This document shows, piece after piece, positions 1 to 11,246 of a stretch of 64,000 nt of DNA. How positions within the stretch are numbered: the stretch's first letter is position 1; each line of letters starts with the position of its first letter. The notes under the pieces are model-generated. The model had not been told where the DNA came from, searched no databases, and saw only the letters and a list, made by a program, of their open reading frames with translations. This DNA is from an uncultured Acidobacteriota bacterium. GTDB taxonomy: Bacteria > Acidobacteriota > Vicinamibacteria > Vicinamibacterales > SCN-69-37. The position numbers and the translations under genes are program-made. The stretch lies in the NCBI GenBank assembly GCA_963739035.1, contig CAVTYZ010000012.1:161852-225851 (forward strand). The letters run 5' to 3'.

Positions 1-1
1 C

Positions 2-439
2 GAGTTGATCATCGCGACGGCGGTCATGATGATTCTCGCCTCCGCCGCGCTGCCGCTGGCGCGCGTGTCCATTCGTCGCCAGAAAGAGACCTACCTGCGG
101 ACGGAACTGCGGTCGATGCGTACGGCGATCGACAAATTCAAGGATCTGGCCGACACGGGAGGCATTGCGGCGACGGCGTTGCGCCTCGGCTGCGAAAACT
201 ATCCGCCGAGCCTCGAGGCTCTTGTCGAGGGCGTACCGCGTTCGAACGACGCCAGCAGCCGTCCGGTGAAGTTCCTGCGGCGAGTTCCGCTCGATCCGAT
301 TACCGGCCGGGCGGATTGGGGTCTGCGCGCCTACTCTGATCCGCCGGACGCGACCACGTGGAGCGGTCAATGCGTGTTCGACGTGTATTCCAAGGCGCCA
401 GGCCGCGCGCTCGACGGCACGCGGTACCGCGACTGGTAG
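2..439 (+). CDS. Type II secretion / type IV pilin-like pseudopilin (GspG-like); 5' end runs off the window
   Basis: ORF 5..439. The frame stays open to base 2 (codon 2-4 = Glu, then LIIATAVMMILASAALPL), which is the hydrophobic pilin N-terminal helix with the conserved Glu. No frame break. Confidence 0.6.
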   Translation, partial: ELIIATAVMMILASAALPLARVSIRRQKETYLRTELRSMRTAIDKFKDLADTGGIAATALRLGCENYPPSLEALVEGVPRSNDASSRPVKFLRRVPLDPITGRADWGLRAYSDPPDATTWSGQCVFDVYSKAPGRALDGTRYRDW

Positions 440-441
440 TC

Positions 442-852
442 ATGCGGCGACGCCAACTCACACGCTGCGAGGACGCCGGCTGGACGCTGATCGAGCTTCT
501 GGTCGTCCTCTCGATCATCCTGATTCTCGCGGGAATGGCCCTCACGCAGTACCGCAACTCGGTCCAGTACGCGAAGGAAGCGGCGCTTCGAAGCGATCTC
601 TACCTCATGAGGGACGCGATCGACCAGTACTACGCAGACAAGGGCAAGTATCCCGAAACACTCGATGCGCTCGTGTCCGAGCGCTACCTGCGTGCGATTC
701 CGCGCGACCCCATCACGGCATCGACCGACACGTGGCAGACCGAGCAGGCCGAACGCGACGCTGGTTCCGTGGCCTCTCAGGCGGGCATCATCAACGTGAA
801 AAGCGGAGCACCGGACACCGCGCTCGACGGCAGCCGGTACGGCGAGTGGTAG
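442..852 (+). CDS. Pseudopilin / prepilin-type N-terminal cleavage-methylation domain protein
   Basis: In-frame ATG at 442 inside ORF 358..852, 3 nt after the upstream pilin stop. Prepilin motif G|WTLIELLVVLSIILILAGMAL. Uninterrupted to the stop at 850-852. Confidence 0.7.
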   Translation: MRRRQLTRCEDAGWTLIELLVVLSIILILAGMALTQYRNSVQYAKEAALRSDLYLMRDAIDQYYADKGKYPETLDALVSERYLRAIPRDPITASTDTWQTEQAERDAGSVASQAGIINVKSGAPDTALDGSRYGEW

Positions 853-855
853 GCG

Positions 856-1610
856 GACTCAGCGCGCGCTTGGGATCGCGTCCGCGGAACGATCACGACA
901 ACGGTGCCGGTGAGGGCTGTGGCCGAACCGCCGCTCGTGGCCGTCACGGTCGCCGTTTCGGTCGTCGAAAGACAGTCGTGGCCATCGCCCTGATCGTTGG
1001 TGAGGTCGGACGTTGGCTTCACGGAGCCCTTGCGTGGTCGAGAAACTGACGAGGACCGAGGGCACGGCGTTGCCTTGCTGGTCTTCGACCCGAGCTCGCG
1101 ATATTCGAAGTGCCCCCGCCAATCGGCAACGTCTGTGGAGTGGCGGTCACGACGATCCGCGTGGCCGTCGCGGCGCCGATGTCGACTTCGATGGTCGACG
1201 TGGCGCCGCCGGAAGTCGCCCGCACGACCGCCGTGCCGGACACTCCGCTCCCGACCAGCCGCGCCGTGGCCCGGCCAGACGGTCGTGCGTGCGTCAGCCG
1301 GCTCAATCCGGCCGAGCGTCGTCGTAAAGAACACTTCGGTGCCGTTGTGAACGGGCGTGCCGCACCCGGGACGACTGTGCCCGGCTCTTCGTCCGACCCG
1401 GCACCCTGTGCCCCTTCGATCACGAACGCCGTGATGTCGGAAGCGCCGTTGGCGGGGATTTGGCCAGGAGATGCGACCAGCGTGATCGCGGAGCCGGACG
1501 GAGCCGTCAAAGGTGCCCGGTCGCACGACCCGGCCGCCGAGTCCGCCGAGCATCAGGACGCCAAGAAACGCGCCCTTCGCGGTGAGGAACGCCGGCAAGA
1601 CGATGGTCAA
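856..1610 (-). CDS. Exported bacterial Ig-like (Big) domain protein; frame-broken as given
   Basis: Signal-peptide-like start MTIVLPAFLTAKGAFLGVLMLGG (ORF 777..1610). Beta-rich Ig-like segments follow (SAITLVASPGQIPANGASDITAFV, ATARLVGSGVSGTAVVRATSGGATSTIEVDIG, VEDQQGNAVPSVLVSFSTT), spread over three minus frames (ORFs 1019..1510, 859..1122, 777..1610). The 3' end is approximate. Confidence 0.4.
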
Positions 1611-1627
1611 CCATTCGGGCCGATAAG

Positions 1628-1642
1628 GATAGTACGTTCATG
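1628..1642 (+). promoter_or_regulatory. -10-like hexamer GATAGT 6 nt upstream of ATG 1640 (possible leaderless start). The same AT-rich patch reads TACTAT on the minus strand for the divergent gene.
   Basis: Read directly: ggaGATAGTacgttcATG. An AAGGA lies 12 nt upstream, so an SD-led reading is also possible. Confidence 0.3.
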
Positions 1643-2385
1643 TATTTAGCCGGTCAAGGCGCGCGTGGACAGCCGACTCCGCCAGTCCAGAAGTTGGACG
1701 ACGGCGGCTACATCATGGTCGTCCTTCTTATCGGCATTGCGGTCTCCGCAGTTTGGATGGGGGCGATGTTGCCGGCCTGGCGACAGCAGACGGTCCGTCA
1801 GAAGGAGGCCGAGCTCATCTTCCGCGGCGAGGAGTACGCCCGGGCCATCGCCCTCTACTGGCGGAAGAACAATCAGACGCTGCCGCCGAGCTTCGATGTC
1901 CTGGTATCGCAGCGTTACCTGCGCAAGAAATACCTCGACCCCATGACGAACAGGGAGTTCCTGGCCGTTGGCGGAGTCGGGCCGGGATTCGACGTCGCCG
2001 TCAGCCGGAGGCCGGGCAGCCTGGGCCTGGAGCCGCAGCCCGGCGGCCAGAACCCGTTCGGCGCGCGCGCCGGGATCTCCGGCGTGCGGAGCACGAGCAC
2101 CGCGACGTCCATCGTCGTGTATCGGGGCCAGACGTCGTACTCGCAGTTTCCGTTCGACTACATCGTCGCGCTCCAGCGCATGGGAGCCGGCTCGCCACAG
2201 CCTGGTGGAGATCCCGGAGGTGGGCGCGGCGGCTTTCGCCGCGGGGGCGTTCGACCGCCGATTCGGCGCGACGAAGTCGCCCCGTCCGGTCCCGGAACGA
2301 GGCCGAGTCGGTCAGCCCGGGGCCCGGCCGTGGGATCAGCGAGGGCAGGGGCCTGCCCATGGCACCGGGCCGCGGCCGATAGCCG
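1640..2385 (+). CDS. Pseudopilin-like T2SS-type protein with a Gly/Arg-rich tail; 3' part uncertain
   Basis: ORF 1640..2545. N-terminal hydrophobic helix GGYIMVVLLIGIAVSAVWMGAML, then a GspG-like segment QKEAELIFRGEEYARAIALYWRKNNQTLPPSFDVLVSQRYLRKKYLDPMT. The as-given frame runs into the convergent hydrolase gene. The sister frame (ORF 1753..2382) stops at 2382, so a frame change near the 3' end is likely. Confidence 0.4.
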
Positions 2386-2389
2386 CACC

Positions 2390-3450
2390 TCAGCGCCCGG
2401 CGTCGAACGTCGTCACGATCGCATCGTGGACGCGCGGGCGAAGCGAAAGATGCGCGTCGTTCGTCCGCGTCGGATGGATCCGGTTCGTCGAGCAGCACGA
2501 CATACAGATCGCGCGCGTGATCAATCCACAGCGACGTGCCGGTAAAGCCCGTGTGTCCGATCGCGTCGGGCGGACATGAGCGCGCCACATGACGACGTCG
2601 GCCGCATCGTGTCCCAGCCAAGTGCGCGCGAGCTCGACGGCACCTGGCACTGGGCGGCGAACGTCCGCATGAGCGACGGCGTCCCCAGCCCGTCGGCTCG
2701 TGAAACGTCCGCAACACGAGCCTGGCGAAGGCGCCGACGTCGCCGGCGGTTCCGAAGAGTCCCGCGTGTCCGGCGACACCACCGAGCGCGCGCGCGTTCT
2801 CGTCGTGCACTTCGCCGCGGACCACGCGTCGCGCCCCGCGTCGTACTCCGTGGGAGCGATACGCGCGAGCGAGCGCGGGCGACGGCCTGAAGGTCGTCGT
2901 CCCGTTCCACGCCCGGCGAAGCTCGTCGAACTGCTCGTCGAGCGGCGCGCCCTCGCGCGGCTTCGAGCACGAATCCGAGCACCATGAAACCGATGTCCGA
3001 GTACACGGACGCCGCGCCGGGTGGCCGTTCCAGCGGCACGGCACGAAGCGCGGCCTCGTAGGCGGTCCGCCCGCTGGCGGACTCCCACAACCGCAGGTGC
3101 GCGGGAAAGCCGGCCGAGTGTTCGAGCAGGTGGCGGACCCGAATCTCGAGCGCGCTCGGCGTCACTCCAGCCCTCGAGGAGCGAACCGATGCCTGGTGTC
3201 GAGGCTGAGCCGATGCTTCGGCGACTCCTCGCATCACGAGCGACGTCGTCGCCATGACCTTCGTCAGCGACGCGAGATCGAAGATGGTGTCGAGGCGCGG
3301 CCGGCGGCGCGTCGGCGTCGTAGCGTGAGGCGTCCGAACGGTCTCGCGCCAGATGGGCCCGGCCGCTCGGCCCACCTCGACGACGGCGGCCGGCGTGACC
3401 GCTCGATCGATCGCGTCGGCAATCAACTGGCGCGCCGTGGAGAAGTCCAC
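2390..3450 (-). CDS. Serine hydrolase, beta-lactamase / PBP4*-type family; frame-broken
   Basis: Reconstructed from ORFs 2521..3450, 2001..3044 and 2390..3088. Motifs seen: SxxK (FDLASLTKV), YSDIGFMVLGFVLE, GEVHDENARALGGVAGHAGLFGTAGDV and GHTGFTGTSLWIDHARDLYVVLL. GTG start at 3450, 1 nt from the murQ stop. Confidence 0.7.
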
Positions 3451-3451
3451 G

Positions 3452-4395
3452 TCAGTGCTGGCCCAGGAGCCTGCGGAGCGTGGGCTCGAGGTCCTCGCCG
3501 AGCGCGGTCCGAATGGAATCGTCGGCGGCGCGGAGCCGGCGGAGCGCTTGCGGATAGGTGACGCCGGCCTTCTTCATGACGATCGCGGCCTTCACGTTCC
3601 ACCGCGCGGTGCGCAGCAGCTCGGCAGCTTCGTCCGGGATCGATGCCGGTCACGATGGCGACGATGCGGCACGCGCGATCGCGCAGCTTCTCGGACCCGG
3701 TCTGGACGTCCACCATCAGGTTGCCGTAGGTCTTGCCGACGCGGATCATCGCGATCGTCGTGAGCATGTTGAGCACCATCTTCGTGGCGGTGCCGGCCTT
3801 GAGCCGCGTGGACCCGGCGATGACCTCCGGCCCGACGGCCGGCGCGATGATCAGATCGACGAAGTTCTGCAGCTCGGTGCCCGGCCAGCACGTGACGAAG
3901 ATGATGCGCGCGCCTTTCTTGCGCGCGCCGGTCAGCGCGCCGCGGACGAACTGCGTGATGCCGCTCGCCGACACGCCGATGACCACGTCGCGCTTCGACA
4001 CGCGCAGCCGCGCCATGGACCGCGCGCCTTCTTCGAAGTTGTCCTCGACGCCTTCGCGCGTCTTGAACACCGCCTCCTGGCCGCCGGCCATGATGGCCTG
4101 CACGAGCTTCGGCGGCGTGCCGAACGTCAGCGGCATCTCGGCCGCCTCGAGGATGCCGAGCCGGCCGCTCGTGCCGGCGCCCGACGAGAAACACGCGGCC
4201 GCCCTTTCGCAGCGCGCTCACGATGATGTCCACGCCGTGCGCGATCCGTTCGCGCTCCTTGTGGACGGCCGACACGACCCGCCGGTCTTCCGCGCTGATC
4301 AGGTCGATGATGTCGAGCACCGGCATCGTGTCGATGCCGAGCGTGTCGGGGTTGATCTTCTCGGTCGGCAGATCCTGCCACTTGGAGTGAGACAT
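3452..4395 (-). CDS. murQ: N-acetylmuramic acid 6-phosphate etherase; frame-broken
   Basis: N-terminus in ORF 3592..4434 (MSHSKWQDLPTEKINPDTLGIDTMPVLDII...GGRVFLVG). Core in ORF 3423..4136 (VIGVSASGITQFV...IAGSTRLKAGTATKMVLNMLTT...GNLMVDVQTGSEKL). The C-terminal WNVKAAIVM-type segment is in a third frame, ending at the TGA at 3452-3454. Confidence 0.8.
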
Positions 4396-4542
4396 GAGAC
4401 GCCTAGCGTACGCGCACGCGCGTAGCGTCGTCAACGGCCGACCGCCGTGCGAGCCTGCGCGGACCGGGCGCGACGGTGACCCGCAACGAGCGGCTGATGC
4501 GCATGCGACGCCGGATCCGGGCGATGATGGGCCGCGCGCGTG

Positions 4543-5488
4543 ATGCCATGCGCGGACCAGGACATCCGCCGGCGCGGAGCCGGCCGCCGCGATCGTGCGC
4601 TATCTCCGGCACCTCGACGTCGAGCGCCGCGTCGCCGCGAACACGCTGGCCGCGTACCGCCGCGACCTCGCGCGGCTCGATCGGTACGCGTCGGCGCGAC
4701 GGTCTGGACGTCACCACGCTGACACGCGCCGATCTCGAGGCGTTCGTGCGCGAGACCATGGCCGAAGGGCTCGCGCCGGCCTCGACGGCGCGGCTGGTCG
4801 CGACCGTCCGCGGGTTCTTCCGTTTCCAGCGGCTCGCCGGCGATCTCGCGCAGAATCCCGCCGATGATCTCGCGGCGCCGCGCACGTTCGCCGCGCTGCC
4901 GCGCTTTCTCTCGCTCGAGGACGTGGACCGTCTGCTCGCGGCGCCCGACGTGACGACGCCGCGCGGCCTGCGCGATCGCGCGCTGATCGAGGTGCTGTAC
5001 GCGACGGGCTTCGCGTGTCCGAGCTCGTCGGCCTGCGGCTCGTCCGACCTGCACCTCGAGCAGGGCTACCTTCAGTGCCTCGGCAAGGGCGGCAAGGAGC
5101 GCGTCGTGCCGCTCGGCGACGACGGCCGTCGGCTGGGTCGGCGCTACCTCGCGAGGCCCGCCGCGTCGCTGATGAAGCGCCGGGACGGCCCTGGGTGTTC
5201 GTGAACGCGCGCGGCGGCGCCCGGCTGTCGCGGATTGGCTTCTGGAAGCTCCTGAAGGCGCTACGGACGACGCGGCCGGCATCCGCGCCACCTCAGTCCG
5301 CACGTGCTCGGCACTCGTTTGCGACGCATCTGCTCGAGCGCGGCGCCGACCTGCGCGCCATCCAGATGATGCTGGGCCACGCCGACCTGTCCACGACGCA
5401 GATCTACACGCACGTGCTCGAGGCGCGGCTCGCGGCAGCGTGCTATCGACAGTCGGATGGGTTTCCAAATCCACCGACGTGGCCGTGA
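4543..5488 (+). CDS. xerD: Tyrosine recombinase XerD (chromosome dimer resolution); frame-broken
   Basis: Segments: [26 protein letters not shown] (ORF 4595..4867); [10 protein letters not shown]...[13 protein letters not shown] (ORF 4476..5204); [35 protein letters not shown] (ORF 5015..5488). The AYRRDL and YTHV signatures favour XerD over XerC. Start is approximate. Confidence 0.7.
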
Positions 5489-5568
5489 TTGACCCGGTCG
5501 AGAGCCGTCTGGTACCGTTAGCTGTTTGGCAGGTGGACGAGGCCCCTGCCGGTAAGGAGCATGACTCG

Positions 5569-6726
5569 ATGGCACGCGGCCGCCATCTGTTCACGTCCGA
5601 ATCGGTCACCGAAGGGCATCCCGACAAGATCGCCGATCAGATTTCCGACGGCGTCCTCGACGCGATTCTCGCGCAGGATCCCGGTGGCGCGCGTCGCGTG
5701 CGAGACGCTGGTCACCACGGGCCTGGCGGTCGTCGCCGGCGAAATCACCACGAACGGATCCATTCGACGTACCAGCACATCGTGCGCGACGTGATCCGCG
5801 ACGTCGGCTACACGCGCGGCAAGTACGGCTACGACGCCGATACGTGCGCGGTGCTCTCGGCGATTCACGAGCAGTCGCGCGACATCGGCCAGGGCGTGGA
5901 CACCGGCGGCGCCGGCGACCAGGGCCTGATGTTCGGCTACGCCTGCCGCGAGACCGACGAGCTGATGCCGCTGCCGATCATGCTCGCGCACAAGCTCGTC
6001 CGCGGGCTGTCCGAGCGACGCCGCAGCGGGCAAGGTGGACTACCTGCGGCCGGACGGCAAGTCGCAGGTCACCGTCGAGTACGACGGCGACCGCCCGTGC
6101 GCATCGACGCGATCGTGCTGTCGACGCAGCACAGCCGAGAAGGTCGACGCAGGAGCACATCAAGGACGACCTGACCTGCGCGCGTCATCAAGGAGCGTCG
6201 ATTCCCGGCCGCGATGATGGACAAGAACACGAAGATCTACGTCAACCCGACCGGACGCTTCGTCATCGGCGGTCCGCACGGCGACGCCGGCGTCACCGGC
6301 CGCAAGATCATCGTCGACACCTACGGCGGCTACGCGCCGCACGGCGGCGGCGCGTTCTCGGGCAAGGATCCGACGAAGGTGGACCGGTCGGCCTGCTACA
6401 TGGCGCGCTACATCGCGAAGAACGTCGTCGCGGCCGGCCTCGCCGATCGCGCGATGGTGCAGCTGGCGTACGCGATCGGCGTCGCCGATCCCGTCTCGGT
6501 GCTCGTCGACACGCAGGGCACCGGCAAGGTCTCGGACGAGAAGATGACCGAGCTCGTGCGCGCGCACTTCAAGCTGACGCCGAGCGGCATCATCGAGGCG
6601 CTCGATCTGCGCCGGCCGATCTACCGCAAGACCGCGGCGTTCGGCCACTTCGGCCGCACCGAGCCCGAGTTCACCTGGGAGCGGACCGACAAGGCCAGCG
6701 CACTGAAGGCCGCCGCCGGCATCTAG
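5569..6726 (+). CDS. metK: S-adenosylmethionine synthetase; multiple frame breaks in the first ~650 nt
   Basis: GGTAAGGAGC lies upstream of ATG 5569. Segments: [27 protein letters not shown]; [12 protein letters not shown] (ORF 5561..5794); [12 protein letters not shown] (ORF 5440..6174); [16 protein letters not shown] (ORF 6035..6217). An intact C-terminal half follows: [29 protein letters not shown]...[14 protein letters not shown] (ORF 6214..6726). Confidence 0.9.
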
Positions 6727-6748
6727 ACCGCGGCGACCGAGGCCGTGC

Positions 6749-8490
6749 GTGCGGCTGCCTCGCGCACTACCAGCACTCGCGACGGCGGCCCTCACGGCCG
6801 CCGTCGCGCTGTGTACGTCGTCGTTCACGCTGCCGCCCGCGCCGTCAGCGCTCGACGCACTCGCTCGCCGGACACGATCGCCTTCGGCGCGCTACCACGT
6901 CCACACCGACCGCTCGGACGGCACCGGCAGCGTCGATGAGGTCGCCGCCGCGGCCGCACGCGCCGGGCTCGCGTTCGTCGTGCTGACCGATCACGGCGAC
7001 GGCACGCGCCCGCCCGACCCGCCGTCGTACCGGCACGGCGTGCTCGTCATCGACGCCGTCGAGATCAACACGTCGGCCGGTCACGTCGTCGCGCTCGGCC
7101 TGACGCGAGCCGCGCCGTATCCGCTGGCCGGCGATCCGCGCGACGTCATCGAGGACATCCACCGCCTCGGCGGCGCGGCGGTCATCGCGCATCCGGACTC
7201 GCCGAACCCGGCGCTCCGCTGGCGCGGGCAGAACGTGGCCGCCGACGGCATCGAATGGCTGAACGTCGACTCCGAGTGGCGCGACGATCCGCCGACGCGT
7301 CTCGTCGCGACGGCACTCCGGTCGCTGATTCGCGGGCCCGAATCGATCGCGTCGCTGTTCTCGCGGCCCGGCGCGAGCCTCGGCCGGCTCGATGCCGCGG
7401 CGCGCCAACGGCCGACATTCACGCTGGCGGCGCTCGACGCGCACGCGAACATCGGCTGGCGCGACACGGAAGAGCCCCGCGCAGCGCTCGGTCATTCGCG
7501 CGCCCGACCTACGAGGCGATGTTCCGGACGGTCGCGCAGGCGGTCGTGCTCGACGCGCCTTTGTCGCACCAGGCACCCGCGGACGCGGCAGCGGTGCTCC
7601 GCGCGCTGACGACCGGCCGGTCGTTCTCGATCGTGCGCGCGTTCGCCGGGCCAGCCACGCTCGACTTCGTCGCGTGATCGCGGCACCGAGCCCGCACGAG
7701 TCGGGTGACCGGCTCCAGGGACGCCGGCCGTGCCGACCACACTTCGTGCGAGCGTTGCCGCAGGCGCCGGGCGCGCGTCTCTCGCTGCTCGCAGAACGGC
7801 CGGCCGGTCGCGACAGGGCAGGGAAGCGTCGACATCGACACGCGGGCGAGCCGGCGTGTATCGCGTCGAGGTCGCGCTTCCCGGCGCGCGCCGTCGCCCT
7901 GGATCGTGTCGAATCCGATCGTGATCGACCGGACTCGCTGCAGCGCCGCCAGCGCCGATCCGACGACGCCGGCGAGATTCTGCGCGATTACCCACCACGC
8001 CGGACACGTGGACTGATCGAGCGGGAGCCGACCTCGTCGGGCGTCCTGACCGCCGACGGCGACAGCGCTGCGTTTTCGTTCTCGCTCGCACCCGGCGTGC
8101 GCGCGCGGGCAGTACGCGGCGGCGGCCGTTCCGATCGACCACCGAATCAGGAATCGACCGGGTGCGAGTTCGAGGGCCGCGCGTCACGTCCGATGCGGGT
8201 GTCGTTGCAGCTGCGGCTGCCCGGCGGCCGCGACGGGCACCGCTGGCGGCGATCGGTCTATCTCGACGAGACCCCGCGAACGATCACGGCCAGTCTTCAG
8301 GACTTCGACCCGGTCGAACCGTACACGTCGCAGCGACCCGTCGTCTCGCCAGTGCAGACGCTTCTTCTCGTCGTCAGACACGCTGAACACGCTGCCCGGG
8401 ACCGGCGGCACGATCTGGATCTCGAACGTGGCGCTCGGCGTGCCGAGCCGTCAGGACACGGCTTCCGACGACGCATACGAAACCCGGTGT
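6749..8490 (+). CDS. Exported PHP-domain metallophosphoesterase with a long C-terminal region; frame-broken, 3' end approximate
   Basis: ORF 6749..7609 has a signal-like N-terminus, then YHVHTDRSDGTGSVDEVAAAAARAGLAFVVLTDHGD and AVIAHPDSP (PHP His/Asp motifs). It continues through ORFs 7255..7677, 7730..7924, 7705..8016 and 7392..8591 (WRRSVYLDETPRTITASLQDFDPVEP). Confidence 0.5.
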
Positions 8491-8494
8491 CTGC

Positions 8495-9597
8495 TTACGT
8501 CCGCACCGTCAGCGTCATGTACGCCGCGAGCGCGAGGAACAAGAGGTTCGCGGCCCAGGCGGCCAGCGGCGCCGGCATCAGGGCCGCCTGACCGACGGCC
8601 AGGAAGAACGTGTTCACCAGCCAGTAGCCGACGCCCATGATCAGCGCCAGGCCGATGCCGTAGAGCGATCCGCGGCGCCCGGTCGTCGCCCCGAACGGCA
8701 CGCCGAGAATCGTCATGACGACGGCGACCATCGGAAACGCGACGCGCTCCTGAAACTCAGACGCTGGCGCGACGACGGCCTGTCCCTGCGTCGCGCGTTC
8801 GCTGATGTGCTCGCGCAGCTCGCCGAACGTCATCATCTCCGGTGTCCTGGTTCTGGAGCGCCGGAGAAGGGTCCGGCGGATCGAGATCGAGCCGGCGGGG
8901 TCTGAACGATTCCTGGGTGGCGCGGTTGTTGGCCGCAAACTTCTGCACCCAGCCGCGTTCGGCGCGCCACGCGCCCTTCGGCGAACGTCGCCTTCGCGGC
9001 CCACGTGTGGCTGGTGAGCTCGAACGAACGTGCGAGCCGGCTCGAAGATCGAGAGCGCCGTGAAGGATGCCGCGGCGTCTCGAAGAGCGAGTAGTGGTAG
9101 ATGCGGCCCCGCGTGTCGACGAGCCAGTTGGCGGTCGTCGCGACCTGAACCTGTGGCGCCGTGCCCGCCGCGAATCTGCCGATCCAGGTCCTCGGCGCGG
9201 CGGTTCGCTTGCGCCAGCACGCGGTCGTCCAGCAGGAACAGCCCGCCGCTCCAGACGAGCGCCAGCACGAGGAGCGGAACGGCGGCCCGGTAGAGGCTGA
9301 CGCCGCAGGACCGCATGACGACGAGCTCGCCGGTCCGCGTCAGGCCGCCGATCGTGGCCAGCACGGCGAAGAGAATCGCCATGGGCACGACGTAGGCGAG
9401 GAACTGCGGCGTGGAGTAGTAGAGGAACGACGCCAGCATCCAGCCGTCCGCCTGGCCCTTGAACAGGCGCTCGGATCTTGTCGATGACGGTCCCGATGTA
9501 ATACAGCCCCAGCAGCCCGACGAACGACAGCGCGACGACACTCAGATACGCGCCGGCTCACGTAGAGGTCGAGCAGCCTCGGGCGGGGAAGTTGCAC
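8495..9597 (-). CDS. lptG: LPS export ABC permease LptG (YjgP/YjgQ family); frame-broken, 5' boundary unresolved
   Basis: C-terminus in ORF 8495..9541 (FPMVAVVMTILGVPFGATTGRRGSLYGIGLALIMGVGYWLVNTFFLAVGQAALMP). The N-terminal LLDLYVSRR motif is in ORF 9340..9729. There is no in-frame stop between lptF and lptG as given, so the GTG at 9597 is only one possible start. Confidence 0.65.
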
Positions 9598-10829
9598 GTC
9601 CGGCACCCGGATCACGACGACGATCCGCGAGGCCGGCGTCGAGGACGGCGCCGCTCGGGCGATCGCCGGAACAGCGTCCGGCGACGAACCGCGGGCACGC
9701 CGGATCGCCACGCCGCCTGCCGACGGCACGCGTGCGCCAACGGAGCGCCAGCAGGCCGACGACGCCGAGGATGATGTTCGGCATCCAGCGCGCCCATTCG
9801 GCGGGGAAGCGCCCGCCCTTGGTCATGCCCTCGAAGAACACCATGATGCCGTAGTAGGCGAAGAGCACGCCGAGCCCCAGCGTGAACCCGCCGAGCTTGC
9901 CTTCCTTGCGCGAGTGCACGCCGAGCGCGAGGCCGATGAGCGCGAACACCAGGCACGCCACCGGGAACGAGAACATCTGGTGGCGCTGGATGATCTCGGG
10001 ATGAGGCGAGATGCCCGCTGGCGCGCTTTCGAGCCTCTTCCTTCCGCAGGTCGGCAATCCGCATCTCGCGGTTGCCGCGCTGCACGATGCTGCCGTCGCC
10101 GAAGACCGACTCGGCGGAGATCGCGAACCGCAGGTCCTTGGCGCGCGCCATGTCGTAGACGCCCGGGCTCCGCGCCCGGCGTGTACCGGACGGACTCGCC
10201 GGGCAGCACGATGGCGACCTGCCGCTCGGCCTGGTTGACCTCGAGGTAGCCCGACACTCGCCACGGTCACGATCGGCCGGCCCGGGCTCGCTGGTGTCCG
10301 CCAGAGCAGACGTTCTTCCAGCCGCCCTCGGGACGCTGCTCCTGGATGATCGAGGACCTTGCCCGGGAAACCCTCGTAGAACGTTCCGGGCCTGATGTCC
10401 GACTCGCTCTTGGTCGCGAGCATCTGGGTCGTCCGCACGCGGAACGCCTGGTTGGCGTCCGGGATGAGCTCGCATCAGGACGTACATGTTCAGGCCGCCC
10501 GCCACGACCGCCAGCAGGAGCACCGGCCGGAGGATCCGGAGCGGGCTCACGCCGCACGCCAGCAGCGCCACGGCCTCGCGGTCGCCGGACAGCCGGCCGA
10601 GCCCCATCAGCAGCCCGGCGAGGAAGGCCATCGGAAGCGACAGCCCGAGCGCCTGCGGCAGCAGCGTCAGCAGCAGGAACCCGACGGTGCCGAGGTCGAC
10701 GCCTTTGGCCAGGAGGTTCTGGGCCTGGTTCAGGGCCGGCTGGATGCCGAAGACGAACGTGAACATCCCGAGCGCGAACAGGAACGGGGTCAGGACCTCG
10801 CGGACGATGTAGCGGTCGATGAGCTTCAC
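9598..10829 (-). CDS. lptF: LPS export ABC permease LptF (YjgP/YjgQ family); frame-broken, 3' boundary unresolved
   Basis: GTG start at 10829. N-terminus MKLIDRYIVREVLTPFLFALGMFTFVF...LLLTLLPQALGLSLPMAFLAG (ORF 9612..10829). C-terminal TM block FSFPVACLVFALIGLALGVHSRKEGKLGGFTLGLGVLFAYYGIMVFFEG (ORF 9542..10438). Confidence 0.65.
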
Positions 10830-10857
10830 GTCAGGTCAACGATAGCAGCTTGGGAGA

Positions 10858-10919
10858 GGCTTCGGGGCTTGCGACCTGTGAGCTCGGGGCCTCGCAGGTC
10901 GGCGAGGACGTGCGAAGCC
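10858..10919. other. 62-nt imperfect hairpin in the lptF upstream / parB downstream intergenic region
   Basis: ggcttcg (10858-64) pairs with cgaagcc (10913-19). cgacctg (10872-78) pairs with caggtcg (10895-10901). Both pairs are exact reverse complements. Confidence 0.4.
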
Positions 10920-11246
10920 GTCCACAAAACGTCCACAGGCGGGTTTTCCGAGGCAGATCGATAACGTCTGATAAGAAGTGTTATGTTAACTAATACGTCA
11001 CCCGAGCGTCACGGGATCACGCGCCTCCAGGAGCTCGCTGCCCATCGGACCCACCGCGAGCCAGTCCTGCCTCCCATCAGCCAGGACGTCCGCTCACGGC
11101 CTCGACCCCGCTCTCGAACCAGCCGGTGGCACTCAGGCTCCGCGCCGGCCGCATCACTATGCAGGTCACTGAATACGTCCGCAGATACTCCGACCCGGAT
11201 GCTGACGCACCCATCAGCCGTGAACGGCTTTATGGCTGGCGCCAGG

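Noticed and set aside
4543-5488. Tyrosine recombinase as a marker of an integrated mobile element.
   Set aside because: The sequence signatures ([21 protein letters not shown]) are those of the housekeeping XerD. The neighbours are murQ and metK. There is no tRNA, direct-repeat att pair, phage or transposase gene nearby.
5489-5568. Possible SAM riboswitch in the metK leader. A hairpin (ggcagg 5528-33 / cctgcc 5545-50) lies just upstream of the SD.
   Set aside because: Only about 80 nt separate xerD from metK. That is too short for an S-box/SAM-I element, and I could not find the conserved SAM-I core or a convincing SAM-II/V pseudoknot pattern. A single small hairpin is not evidence. A cmscan run would settle it.
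10864-10891. Apparent shared motif GGGGCTTG..CCTG..GCTCGGGG between 10864-10891 and 53535-53557, suggesting a dispersed REP-like family.
   Set aside because: Twenty identical bases in three blocks with free gaps, in G+C-rich sequence, is of the order expected once by chance among all position pairs in the window (rough estimate). A fragment of it (GCTTGAGCCTGG) also occurs inside the mutS coding sequence at about 47368. This is not enough to call a repeat family without genome-wide counts.
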